The notes: generated from the letters alone by a model not told the origin. Counted from the stretch's first letter, positions 36,733 through 47,129 are shown. The stretch is DNA of 64,000 bases from Alphaproteobacteria bacterium (GCA_965214705.1 OZ243972.1:2944001-3008000), one strand, 5' to 3'. Program-made: numbers and translations.

Positions 36733-38850
36733 CAGGACTATCCCACGCTCCCCAAATGCGGACGATCTGGGCCGCGTTCGGGCGATTTCGGGTGTTGCGG
36801 CTCCCGCGCGATAGCCCGATTCGCAGGCTCACGGCTCTCGGTTCGGGCGAGACGTTGGCTTGGCCGCAATGAACGTCAGTGCTGACAGCTGAGCGGTGAC
36901 GAGGTTGCACACCGCCATTGTCTGCCGTCCGGATCGGACGGCGTGGTGGCGCTCAGGGGGAAAGGATCGCGGCGAAGGCGTCCTCGCGCTGGAGCGCGAA
37001 GTGGCGGGTTGCCGAGGCGACGCTGTCGAAGTCGGTTTTGTGGATGATGAGCGCGATCGCGATGTTGGTGCAGAGCGCGTTGTTCTCGGGCGCGAAGCCG
37101 GTGCGCGCGAGGCACGCGTCCTCGTCGAAGAGCTTGTCCCTGACGTGGTGGTTGACCTCGACCGACCAGTGGCCGCGGTTCCAGGCGAGAAGGTCCTTTG
37201 GCGAGGCGCGCTCTGCCGGCACCGAGGTGATGCCGTAGGCGTGCTCGATGCTGGTCTCGCCTGTGCCGTTGCGCCGTGCGTCGGTGCGCTTGCGGGTGAC
37301 ACGGAAGATCTGCGCGACATGAGGATAGTTGATCAGGCCTGGAAGCGGGGTCAGGGTCTCGATGCGGCGTTGCTCGATGCGGCCATGGGCCTTGGCGACA
37401 TCTTCCTCGAAGTGTCCGCTCGCGTCGCGCTCCCAGTCGATGGAGGCGAGGGTCTCGCAGGTCTCGGGCGCGTTTTCCTTGACCGTCAATGAGATAGTCG
37501 GCGCCGTGGGTTTCCTTGATGGTGCGCGCGGTGTCGCGGGTGGTGTGAAGCGCGTCGATGGTGATCACGCGGCCTTCGACGGGAACCTCGTCGAGCAGCG
37601 CGCACACGGCCGCGATCTCGCCGCCTGAGTCGTTGAAGGCGAGGCTTGCGAGCGGCGCGCCGGTTGCGTGGTCGACCAGGGTCGCGGTCTCGTGGTGGCC
37701 CTCGCCGTTGCGGTTGGCGCCGCGAATGCGCTTGCCGTCGAGCGCGATCGCACGGCCAAGGTTCAGTCTCGGCATCGAGAAGCGTTGCAGCGCCGCCTCG
37801 ATCTGCTCGGGGTCGAGGGAGGCGATGACCCGGTGCAGGGTCGACTTCGAGACCGGCACGTAGAGGCCGGTCTTCGGGTTCTTCCAGGCGCCGAGCGCTT
37901 CCAGTTCCCGCTGCGCCAGCTTGCTCGCATACTCGGCGGCGGCGACGGGACCGCGCATGTTGGCGAGCCTTGCGAGGATATAGACCGCGAGCGTGGTTGC
38001 GACGCTGTGCTTGCGCCCCTGGCCGCGCCGGAAGTCCTCGATCCCGTCGAGTTCCTGGTAGAGCGAGCGCAGTTCGCTCGGCGCCCTGCCGGCGTGGCCC
38101 TTGGGCTCCCAGCTTGCGGGCAGCGGGCGGGGCGCGCTGAGCCGCCGGCGGGCATCGCGGCGCAGGGGATAGACATAGAGCCGCTTGGGCTCGCCGTGGG
38201 GGTCGGTGTAGCGGCCGTTGTGGCGGGCAAAGCCCCTGGTGTCGCCGAGATAATGCCAGTTGGCGGCCTCGTAGATCGTGCCCTCGAAGAGCGCCGGGTT
38301 CACGAAGGTCTCCGCGATCAGAATCGGATGCCCATAACAGGACTGCCAGTCGTCGCCGAGGCGGCGCAGCATCGCGGCGATCGCGAACGAGGCAAGACAC
38401 GGAAAGACGCGCTTCGCGCCGAGGATGACGAAGCGGGTGTTGTTCGCGATCAGATGCAGGCGCTGGAACTGCTGCGCCGCCGACCACCCGATCCAGCGGT
38501 CGCGGTGCCTGCTCTTGAAGGCGCCGGCTTGCCACCCGGCAAGCGCGATCCACAACCCGCACCATTCGACGATGTAGCGCAGGCCGCGTCCGGCGAAGCG
38601 CTTGAAGCCGAGGTAATGGTGCCGCTCGACCGCCGCATCCCACTGCACGCGTTCATTCGGCTCCGCGAGGCGGACCACGACATCGGCAAGCGAGAAGCCG
38701 TCCGGCGCGCTCTCGAAGAAGGGTCTGCCATCCGCTCGGTGGCCCATGCCGCCATGACTAATCGAACCGGCGGCGAAAAGCCAGCGGAAAATGCAACTAC
38801 CTCGATTGGAAGCTCAAATCGTCAACGAAACCTAGCGTGGGATGGCCCTG
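36733..38850 (-). mobile_element. ISAs1-family IS, 2118 bp
   Basis: 17-bp IR CAGG(A/G)C(T/C)ATCCCACGCT; 10-bp TSD GATGCCCCGG (36723-36732 and 38851-38860). Confidence 0.93.
36953..38747 (-). pseudogene. ISAs1 transposase with N-terminal DUF4338/DruA-like domain; +1 frameshift near 37490
   Basis: HHYLG, RDRWIGW, ETFVNP, GTIYEAANW; then IALDGK, ITIDALHT, ADYL-frameshift-TVKEN, RGHWSVE, RDKLFDED. Confidence 0.85.
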
Positions 38851-39646
38851 GATGCCCCGGCCGTTGTCCTTGACCGAGGCCGAGCCGTCGTCGTGGAGCG
38901 CGATCTCGATCCGGCTCGCGTGGCCGGCGATGGCCTCGTCCATCGCGTTGTCGATGAGCTCGGCCTGCAGGTGGTGCAGCGCCCGCTGATCGGTGCCGCC
39001 GACATACATGCCGGGGCGGCGGCGCACCGGCTCCAGCCCCTCCAGAATCTCGATGTCGTGCGCAGTGTAGTCGCCGTTGGCGGGCGGCGCGGGCTGGGCC
39101 GCGGGCGCCCTCGCCTTGGGTTCCCGGCCGGGCGCGCGCGCAGCCTTGCGTTGAGGCTTGCGCTTCCTGGCTGGAGCGCTCTCGTCGAGCCCTGCGAAGA
39201 GATCGAGGTTATCGGCCATGAGGATCGAACCTCTCCGCCTGCGAACAGGCCACTCGGCCGGACCGGCGTCCGCACTGAACGGAGCACCGGGTTCCCTCGC
39301 GCACGCAGCCCCGTATCATCCTCCGAATCGCCGGTTCGGCGCCCGAAGCTATAGGCGAGGGTCCGGTGGGTGGGATACAAGGAGGCGTCCATCTCGCGAT
39401 GAGGGCCTGCCACGTGCCCGCAACAGGCCGACCCGCCTTGAGTACAGACCTCTCGCTGGCGGAGCGGCGAGGTTCTACCTCCGATGCCGGAAAGCCCGGC
39501 AGCAGTGAAGGGATCGCCGCCCGATGCAGGACCGGCAGACCACCAGGCCCTCCTCCGTTGCGAAGATCCTCCTTCGCCACATCGCGGCACCCTCGCTTTT
39601 CCGATAACCTTCCCGGCGGGCGATCCGGGCGCGGGAGGCGGGGGCC

Positions 39647-40036
39647 ATGAACGAAAGTGAGCGACAGACCTTGTCGATCGTGGCCAAGCTGATGGCCCTG
39701 ACCTGCGTCCGCAACACGAAGCTCGAGGACATCCACGCCGGCATCGTCCCAGTCACCCGCTCCGGGGACTACTCCGACGTGACGGTCGTCGACGCCGACG
39801 GGCAGCGGATACCGTGGCCGCGCGTGTCCCATTTCGACGACGACGCGATGCGCGATCTGATGCGGCAAGTTGTCGACCGCCTCTACACGTTCCATGCGAA
39901 GATCGACGATCCGCAATTCCAGGCCATGCTGGGGTTCTGGGAATCCTCCGTCCGGGCGTGGGACGAGCCGAAGCTGGACGCCGACTTGATGGTGCCTCTC
40001 AAGCCTCCCGGAAGAACGGACGGCGATGATGACTGA
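39647..40036 (+). CDS. Hypothetical protein
   Basis: GGAGG RBS, normal codon usage; CVRNTKLEDIHAG...GDYSDVTVVDADG. Confidence 0.7.
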   Translation: MNESERQTLSIVAKLMALTCVRNTKLEDIHAGIVPVTRSGDYSDVTVVDADGQRIPWPRVSHFDDDAMRDLMRQVVDRLYTFHAKIDDPQFQAMLGFWESSVRAWDEPKLDADLMVPLKPPGRTDGDDD

Positions 40037-40214
40037 TTCCCCACTATCGGCCGCCTGCGGCACCGCCAGTCCCGGGAAGGCGAACAGGCACAGTTCCCGG
40101 AGGCGCCGGGCGGCTTCCTGTCTCCGGCTGCCCTGCACCGGGCGGTGCACGTTCCGGCCGCAGTGTTCGCAAGTTGCCGGCGGCACTTTCAGGGACTGAC
40201 GGGAAAGCGGACCC

Positions 40215-41807
40215 ATGCCGGACGACGATACCGGCCCCGATTGGCTGGACGAGCTCGCAGGCGACGATGCCGAGGCCGCGATGCGCGCTGCGATGGACCA
40301 CGCCCCGGCGCTCCTGGGAGCGCCGGGGATCACAACTGCGCTGCTTCTGGACCCCCGGTGGGACCCGGAGCGGCGAATGCGCCTGTTCGAGGCCCTGGTC
40401 GAGCACGCCCGGCTGGACCGGGAGAGCGGGGGGCGCCTGGGCGAGCGCTTCCTGGCAGAGGCGCAGGGGACGATCGACGGGCTGGCCGCGTCCGGGGGCC
40501 TCGATCTTGAGACCGCCCTGTCGCTCGCGCGCGCCTACGCCCGCGCCGAGATCGACGCGCCCGAGGCCCTGGCCTCGTTCCTCCTTGCCTCCATCGCGGA
40601 CGAGGCGGAGAGCCGCGGCTGTCCCGGCGACCTCGACGCCGAGCTCGACGGCCTGCGGCGGCAGGCGGAGGGCGACACCTATCGTCTGTACGCGATGCTG
40701 GAAGACCTGCTGGGCCTGCTTCCCGCGCCGCTCCGGCCGGGCTTCGTGCACCGTGTCGCGGGCCGGGACGAGGCGTGGTGCGGCCGTCTTGCGCTCTACT
40801 GGCTTCTGCATACGGCGTCGGAGGTCCGTCTCGCCGCCGCCGGGGGGCTGGGGGAGCGCGCGCGGCGGGGCACCCTCGACCCCGGTTCGGCGGCGGCGCT
40901 GCCCCTCATCCGGAGCTGGCTTCCCGCCGACGGCACGCGCCCGCTTCTCGACACGGCGCTACGCGAGGCGCGGCAGCGCGGCCCGGTGGGACCGCTGGAG
41001 GAACATGGCCTGCGCCGGTTGCAGCTGTTCGGCACGGTGCCGGACGGCACGGGCGGCCAGTCCTTCGCGGCGGCGCTCGAGGGCGGGAACGGCCCCGCTG
41101 CGGCGCTGGTGCTGCTCAAGACAGGCGAGGGAGTGAAGGACGCCTTCCTGGCGCAGGGGAACGGTATCGAGGACGTCGTGCCGTCTCACGTCGCCGAGTC
41201 CGGCGGCTTCGAGGTGGCCTGGCCGGCGCTTGAGACGGTCTTGGCAGTTGCGCTGGCGGACGGGCTGCTCACCGGGCGCCCGCCGGCGCCGGGACTGCTG
41301 GATGTGGCGGGCGCCTTTGGTCTCGCCGACCTGCGGCCCCGGCCGATGGGCGTGCCGGAATGGACGGCCCTCGCCGATCCCGGCGGCGAGGTCGCCGGGC
41401 TCTCGGCCCGCGAGCGGAGAGTTCTGGTCGGCCGCAGCGCGCAGTGGCCGCTCGACCACGCGCTCGTGTCCACCTGGAGCGAGGGCACGGCTGTGGTGGA
41501 CGAGGCGCTGGATGACGCGCCCGGCCCGCGGCAGCTGGAAGCGGCGCTGTGGACCCGCCTGGAGGAGCGTCGCGACTACTGGGCGCTTCTCATGCTGAGG
41601 ACGGCGCATGTCCTGAGGGCCGGCAGCAGGGGCGGGGAGTGGCGGTCCTTCGCAGCGACGGCGGACGCACTGCTCGACGGCTGGGCGCTGAAGAAGGTGC
41701 CGATCATGGAGCACGTCCTCTCCGCCAGCATCGCGGCCTGGCAGATGGAGGAATACGGTTTCGCGATAGGGCTTCCGGACGAGGACGCCTGGCCGGACGC
41801 CGAGTAG
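40215..41807 (+). CDS. Hypothetical helical protein (530 aa)
   Basis: Long ORF with coding-like composition; no motif recognised. Confidence 0.7.
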   Translation: MPDDDTGPDWLDELAGDDAEAAMRAAMDHAPALLGAPGITTALLLDPRWDPERRMRLFEALVEHARLDRESGGRLGERFLAEAQGTIDGLAASGGLDLETALSLARAYARAEIDAPEALASFLLASIADEAESRGCPGDLDAELDGLRRQAEGDTYRLYAMLEDLLGLLPAPLRPGFVHRVAGRDEAWCGRLALYWLLHTASEVRLAAAGGLGERARRGTLDPGSAAALPLIRSWLPADGTRPLLDTALREARQRGPVGPLEEHGLRRLQLFGTVPDGTGGQSFAAALEGGNGPAAALVLLKTGEGVKDAFLAQGNGIEDVVPSHVAESGGFEVAWPALETVLAVALADGLLTGRPPAPGLLDVAGAFGLADLRPRPMGVPEWTALADPGGEVAGLSARERRVLVGRSAQWPLDHALVSTWSEGTAVVDEALDDAPGPRQLEAALWTRLEERRDYWALLMLRTAHVLRAGSRGGEWRSFAATADALLDGWALKKVPIMEHVLSASIAAWQMEEYGFAIGLPDEDAWPDAE

Positions 41808-42291
41808 GAAGCGCGCAGCGGCTGCGGCCGGGCGGTGGGGACTCGGACCGTCGGCGCCGCCGCACCGGCATCTCCGGGCGGGATCGGACCGTGGGCAGAG
41901 TCCGGCATCCGTGGCCTGCGTCCGCCGCGAGCAATCCGCCTCTCACCTGCACAGCATCCCCGGCAAACTACCCGCGCCCATCCATTGAGCAGACCGTGAC
42001 GCTGACGCACCTGTGCCTCCCTCCCACTCTTCGGCCGCCGAACATCCGATTCGCAATTCACCGACGCGGTCGCCCGCGCTCACGGCCCGCGGCGTGGCGG
42101 CGACGGCCGGCGGCAACGCGGGACCGGTTGCCGCCAGCGATCCCTCGGGCCTGGTTGTGTACCTGCCGGCCGAGAAGAGGTTCCCGGAGCGGGAAGACGC
42201 CGGTGGGGCTCCGGTAGGGACCAGCGTCCCTTGGCGCCCGCTCGCCGGCGTAGAATGCAGCCGCTCCACCAGATCATCGGAGGTCCAGCAC

Positions 42292-42633
42292 ATGGCAACT
42301 TCAACTCCCCGCAAGGCCACCGCGCTCAAGGAAGCGATGACCAAGACGCAGCTGCTGGCCTCGCTCTCGGAGTCGACCGGGCTTCCGAAGAAGGACGTCG
42401 CTGCGGTGCTCGACGAACTGGGCATTCTCATCGAGCGCCACATCAAGAAGCGCGCCGTCGGCACCTTCACGCTTCCCGGCTTGCTCAGGATCGTGCGTGT
42501 GCGCAAGCCTGCCACCAAGGCGCGGACGATGATCTCGCCGCGCACGGGCGAGGAGATACAGGTGGCCGCAAAGCCAGCGTCCACGGCGGTCAAGGTCCGC
42601 GTCCTGGCGGGCCTCAAGCGGATGGTGGAATAG
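42292..42633 (+). CDS. HU-family DNA-binding protein
   Basis: MTKTQLLASLSESTGLPKKDV, FTLPGLL, MISPRTGEEIQVAAKPA; GGAGG RBS. Confidence 0.9.
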   Translation: MATSTPRKATALKEAMTKTQLLASLSESTGLPKKDVAAVLDELGILIERHIKKRAVGTFTLPGLLRIVRVRKPATKARTMISPRTGEEIQVAAKPASTAVKVRVLAGLKRMVE

Positions 42634-42720
42634 CTCTACGCCACCCTGCCGAATCGGCGCTCGCGTTCCGGCCGTACATCCCGGCATGTGAGACGTACCG
42701 GCGCGCGGTGGCGTTCCGCC

Positions 42721-43563
42721 TCAGATGAGCTCGATGTGCCTCGCCTGAGGGCCGCGCGTTCCCTGCTCTACCATGACGCTCACCCGCTCGCCCGGCTCAA
42801 GCGCGCCCAGGCCGGCCCGGTTGAGCACGCTCCCGTGCAGGAACACGTCAGGCCCGCCGTCGTCCGGAACCACGAAACCGTAGCCCTTGGCGGCGTTGTA
42901 GAACTTGACCAGACCGGAACGCTCCTCGGCCGGTCCGGCCGGCTGGTCGCGGTCCCACCCTCGCCCACGCCGGTCGCGGTACGGCTCGTCGCGGCCCGCA
43001 GGTTGGGCCATGGCGGTCGAGGCATCGACGTCGACGATGGACGAAACCATCGGACCCTGCCGGCCTTCCGTCACCTCGCAGGTCACGGTCGCGCCTTCCG
43101 GGAGCGTGTCGTACCCGGCGTCCCGGATCGCCGAGGCATGGCAGAACACATCGGGCGAACCGTCGTCGGGAACCAGAAACCCGAAACCCTTCGACGGAAC
43201 GAACCACTTGACCATGGCCACGACGCGGCGGCCGGAAGCCGGACCCCGCTCGCCGTGCAGATGTCCGTAATCGCCGCGCGGCGGCCCGCCGCTCCCCGTC
43301 GGGCTCGCGGTCGCGGTCGACGTATCGACGGCATGAATCTGCCAGACCTGCAGACCCTGACGGCCCTGCTCGACTTCACAGGTGACGGTCGCGCCCTCCG
43401 GAAGAGTGTCCCAGCCTGCCCGCGACAGCGCCGAGATATGGCAGAACACATCGGGCGAGCCGTCGACGGGCGTCAGGAAGCCGAACCCCTTCACCGGATT
43501 GAACCACTTTACCGTCGCAACGACGGTGGCGTCGGGCGCCGATCCTGAACCGCCTTCCAGCAT
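42721..43563 (-). CDS. Cold-shock protein with three CSD domains
   Basis: Three repeats of VK(W/F)(F/Y)...KG(F/Y)GF...DVF.H. Confidence 0.9.
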   Translation of the reverse strand: MLEGGSGSAPDATVVATVKWFNPVKGFGFLTPVDGSPDVFCHISALSRAGWDTLPEGATVTCEVEQGRQGLQVWQIHAVDTSTATASPTGSGGPPRGDYGHLHGERGPASGRRVVAMVKWFVPSKGFGFLVPDDGSPDVFCHASAIRDAGYDTLPEGATVTCEVTEGRQGPMVSSIVDVDASTAMAQPAGRDEPYRDRRGRGWDRDQPAGPAEERSGLVKFYNAAKGYGFVVPDDGGPDVFLHGSVLNRAGLGALEPGERVSVMVEQGTRGPQARHIELI

Positions 43564-43911
43564 TCCGAACGACCTGCCTTGTGTGAGCTGCCTGGGCCAA
43601 CCCGCCGCCGGGCAACCCGAATGACTGCGGCGGGATGGTCTCCGCCGCAGGGCCGTCATCATAGCCACGGACGGGACGCGGTGACAGACCGGCGGACGCC
43701 TCGTAAGCGGCCCCGGCCGTCCCCCGGATGACGAAACGGGCGGTGTCCGTCACTCCCACCCGCCTCCGCCCCGCCGCCTCCCCGTCGTTCTTCCGCCGCC
43801 ACACGCTTCTGCGCCGCTGCGAGCGAGAGGCCGGCCGTGACGCGGGCGGTGGGGGCGGCGCTGCGGAGCGGGTCCCCGCCGTCGGCACATCAGACGAAGG
43901 GGAGGCAGGCC

Positions 43912-44238
43912 ATGCAGATTCGCCGGCCGTCGTATCGCAACGCGCACACGTTCCTGGTCCACGTCTTCGGGCGGGGGCTCGACGGGGAGCGCTACGTGGT
44001 AGAGAAGTACCGCTCCCGGCCCGACGGGCAGATCCACCCGGTCGAGGCCGAGCAGCCGAAGGCAAAGAAGGGCGGACGCAGGCCGCGCCGCACGATCGTG
44101 AGCGCAGACGCCGTCAGGAAGTTGCGGCCCGAGCGCGACGAGATCATCGTCTGCACCGCGCTCGATCTCAAGGCGTCGGGCGTGCAGATTTGGGGGATTT
44201 CCGCGAGCGGGTTGAGCGCCATGCGCCACGCGCGCTGA
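43912..44238 (+). CDS. Hypothetical basic protein
   Basis: GGAGG RBS, MQIRRPSYRNAHTF; 15 nt upstream of the next gene. Confidence 0.6.
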   Translation: MQIRRPSYRNAHTFLVHVFGRGLDGERYVVEKYRSRPDGQIHPVEAEQPKAKKGGRRPRRTIVSADAVRKLRPERDEIIVCTALDLKASGVQIWGISASGLSAMRHAR

Positions 44239-44253
44239 CCGGGGTGGCCGGTC

Positions 44254-45063
44254 ATGCCGCTCAAGGACCCGGTGAAGAAGAAGGCGCGGGATCGCCGCCT
44301 CCGCCAGCGCCACGCCGCGCGCACCGCCAGCGGCCGTTGCACTCGCTGCGGCCGGCTTCCTCCCGAGCCCGGTCGCAAAGTGTGTACAGGCTGTGCCGAG
44401 AAGCGCCGCGCCGCCGAGCGCGCCCGCCGGGCGAAGGCCCGCGGCGAGGGCCAGCAATATGGCGGCCGCGATCCGGAGCGCTGCCGCAGAGCCGACCGCG
44501 CCGGCGACAGGCGCCGCCGCCGGGCGCGTCAGGAGGCGGGACTCTGCACGTCCTGCGGCCTCCGCCGGCCGGAAGACAAGCGCTCCGTCTGCGAGCCGTG
44601 CCGCGAGGCAAGGCGCGCACGCGACCGCCGGCGTTATGACGCGCGGCGCGCCGCCGGCAGTTGCGTGCGCTGCAACCAGCCCACGGTAGGGGGCCTGTCG
44701 CGCTGCGGCCGCTGCCTCGCGCTGGAGAAGGAACGCGTCTCACCCGAGCGCGAGAGCGCCGCCGGGAAGCGGCGCTATGCCGCGAGGCGCGCGCAGGGCG
44801 CGTGTGTGGATTGTGGGGTCCGCACCGGTGGCACGGCCCGCTGTGAGCGCTGCGCATATCGGTCCAATTCCCGCGCGCCAGAGCGTCACCTGGCGGCGCT
44901 CTGGCCGCCGCAGATCACCGTGATCGAATTGGAGACGGGCGACGAGCTGGGCGTCTTCGAGACCGAATCCGAGGCCGCCGCCTGCATCGCCTTCGCCCGT
45001 CTGCGCCCCGAGCAAGTCGAGATCCGCTCCAACGTTCCCTTGATGGCTCTATCGCCGTCATGA
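44254..45063 (+). CDS. Arg-rich protein with four CxxC...CxxC repeats
   Basis: CTRC/CTGC, CTSC/CEPC, CVRC/CGRC, CVDC/CERC separated by basic helices. Confidence 0.72.
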   Translation: MPLKDPVKKKARDRRLRQRHAARTASGRCTRCGRLPPEPGRKVCTGCAEKRRAAERARRAKARGEGQQYGGRDPERCRRADRAGDRRRRRARQEAGLCTSCGLRRPEDKRSVCEPCREARRARDRRRYDARRAAGSCVRCNQPTVGGLSRCGRCLALEKERVSPERESAAGKRRYAARRAQGACVDCGVRTGGTARCERCAYRSNSRAPERHLAALWPPQITVIELETGDELGVFETESEAAACIAFARLRPEQVEIRSNVPLMALSPS

Positions 45064-45306
45064 GCGCGGACCCGCCGCGGGCGTTCCGAAGGTGAGCCCG
45101 CTCCCGTCAATCGCGATCTCGAGTCGGCACCACGGCAATCACCGGCCGTGCGATTCGCGAGGCCTCGTGAACCCGGCGGGCCTCGGAGCAGGCCGCAGGC
45201 GAGAGTGAAGTGAGGCTTGGAGAAGGTGAGCAGGGCGGGGCCGAGGAGAGGCTCCAGCCCGCTCGTCAACCTTCGTCATCAACTCGAATCGCAAGGAGAC
45301 ACGATC

Positions 45307-45753
45307 ATGGCGTTCGGACTCAACTCCGCTCAGATCATCGGCCGGCTGGGCGCCGATGCGACCATCAGCAACCTCGCCTCCGGCGGGCGCGTCGCCAATA
45401 TGTCGGTGGCGACCGACGAATCCTATATCGACAGGCAATCCGGCGAGCGGGTGGATCGGACCGAGTGGCACCGGGTCGTCAGCTTCCAGAGCGGGCTGAT
45501 CGACATGCTGGAGAAGCACGCGAAGAAGGGCCGGTTGGTCTACGTCGCGGGCAAGCTGCAGACCAGGAAGTGGCGCAAGGACGGCGAGGACAGCGACCGG
45601 TTCTCCACCGAGATCCTGCTCGTTCCCGGTGGCCGCGTGCAGTTCCTCGATCGGCCTGCCGGCACCAATGGCAACGGCGCTGCGGCGTCCGACGGTGAGG
45701 CTGCGGCGCCCGCATCGGCCGACGCTCAGTCAGATACGCATATCCCATTCTGA
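45307..45753 (+). CDS. ssb: Single-stranded DNA-binding protein
   Basis: LNSAQIIGRLGAD, TEWHRVV, VYVAGKLQTRKW, C-terminal IPF. Confidence 0.95.
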   Translation: MAFGLNSAQIIGRLGADATISNLASGGRVANMSVATDESYIDRQSGERVDRTEWHRVVSFQSGLIDMLEKHAKKGRLVYVAGKLQTRKWRKDGEDSDRFSTEILLVPGGRVQFLDRPAGTNGNGAAASDGEAAAPASADAQSDTHIPF

Positions 45754-45796
45754 GCCTGTCCCCGCAGCGGGCCTTCCCCGCCCGCTCGCCCCAGAG

Positions 45797-45833
45797 CCCG
45801 CCCCGCGTTCCTCCCGCGCGGGGCGGGTTTTTT
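45797..45833 (+). terminator. Intrinsic terminator after ssb
   Basis: CCCGCCCCGCG-loop-CGCGGGGCGGG followed by TTTTTT. Confidence 0.85.
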
Positions 45834-46029
45834 CGTGCAGCCCGATCCGAGTCCCTCACGGGCAGGACGGCGCGCCGTGCGCTTCGCGCGGCGCCTGCCG
45901 TCCCGGCGCCGGCGAGAGGCCGGTCGAGGCCGGGACCGGGGCGCGTCCCACGCAGCGTCCGGAGAGGTCTCTCATGCGCCCCGTCCCCGCTCACAGGTCC
46001 GGCTCCGACGGTCCCCTTTCCGGCCCGAG

Positions 46030-47031
46030 ATGTGCATCGTGAGCGCCGCCGCTCGCGTCGCGGCCGCCCTCGGCGCACGCGCCGAGGAGGTGTGCCGCCG
46101 CTACCTGCCCCAGGGCCGCAAGCAGGGCCGATACTGGACCGCCGGCGACGTCTACGGCGCGCGCGGGCGGTCGCTCTTCGTCCGCCTGGCGCCCCCCGGC
46201 GTCCCGGGGAAGTGGACCGACGCAAGCAGCGGTGAGCACGGCGACCTGCTCGACCTCATTCGCATCTCTTCAGGCGCGGGCTCGCTCCGCGCGGCCCTTG
46301 CCGAGGCGTACGCCTTCCTCGCGTCGCCGCCCATGCCGTCCTCCGCCGTTCGCGAAGACTACGACCGCACCGAGGCGGCCCGTCGTCTCTGGCGGCGCTG
46401 CCGGGCCATCGACGGCACCCATGCCGAGGCCTACCTCGAGGCGCGCGGTATTGAGCGCTGCCGCTTCGCGGCCCTGCGCTTCCATCCCGGCCTCTTCTGC
46501 CGCGACGACGGCGGCGTGCGCCGCCTGCCGGCCCTGGTCGCGGCCGTCACCGGCTCCGATGAAGTCGTCTGCGGCGTGCTGCGAACGTGGTTGCACCCGA
46601 CCAGGCCCGCCAAGGCGAACGTGAACCGCCCGCGCAAGGCGCTGGGCCGCGTCCACGGCCATGCCGTCCGCTTCGGCGCTCCCGGCGCCGGCACGCTGCT
46701 GGTCGGCGAGGGCATCGAGACCGTGCTGTCCATCGTCACGGCCATCCCCGACACCGTCGCCGCCGCAGCGCTGTCCGCCGGCAGCCTCGGCGCATTCGCG
46801 CCGCCTGCCGGCGTCACGCGGCTGGTGATCGCGCGCGACAACGACCCCGAGGGAGAGCGTGCCGCCGAGCGCCTCGCCCGGCGCTGCGCACGCGCGAGGG
46901 TCGCCGCACTGGTCGTCGCGCCCGAGCGCGACGACTTCAACAGCGATCTCGTCGCCCTCGGCGCGCCGGCGCTTCGCGCCAGCCTCGCGCCGATCTTCCA
47001 CCGCCGGGTCAGCGCCGGGGACCGGTGGTGA
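46030..47031 (+). CDS. Toprim-domain primase-like protein of ICE/plasmid type
   Basis: GKWTDASSGEHGDLLDLI, AEAYLEARGI, LRFHP, VGEGIET, IARDND, DDFN. Confidence 0.85.
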   Translation: MCIVSAAARVAAALGARAEEVCRRYLPQGRKQGRYWTAGDVYGARGRSLFVRLAPPGVPGKWTDASSGEHGDLLDLIRISSGAGSLRAALAEAYAFLASPPMPSSAVREDYDRTEAARRLWRRCRAIDGTHAEAYLEARGIERCRFAALRFHPGLFCRDDGGVRRLPALVAAVTGSDEVVCGVLRTWLHPTRPAKANVNRPRKALGRVHGHAVRFGAPGAGTLLVGEGIETVLSIVTAIPDTVAAAALSAGSLGAFAPPAGVTRLVIARDNDPEGERAAERLARRCARARVAALVVAPERDDFNSDLVALGAPALRASLAPIFHRRVSAGDRW

Positions 47032-47129
47032 CGATCGCCCGGCCAGAGACGGAGAAGAGCAGGCGCCGGGCGAGCGGCGCAGAGAGGGAGAGAGGTTTCT
47101 CCCCGCCGCCATCACGCCAGGAGCGCAGC

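Larger units (their letters stand above)
35016..39219 (-). pseudogene. parE: DNA topoisomerase IV subunit B, split by an ISAs1 element (segments 39219-38851 and 36722-35016, 691 aa when rejoined)
   Basis: [30 protein letters not shown]|PVDPHP rejoin in frame across the IS; SGGLHGVG, VEGDSAGG, PLRGKILN, IMTDADVDG, RFKGLGEM; short C-terminus without the GyrB insertion. Confidence 0.9.

Noticed and set aside
38100-38747. Druantia defence system
   Set aside because: The DruA-like domain is fused to a transposase inside IS ends; no DruE helicase or other dru genes
39220-39646. Structured ncRNA in the parE upstream spacer (GCCGG-AAAGC-CCGGC hairpin)
   Set aside because: Single short GC hairpin, expected by chance at this GC content; no family recognised
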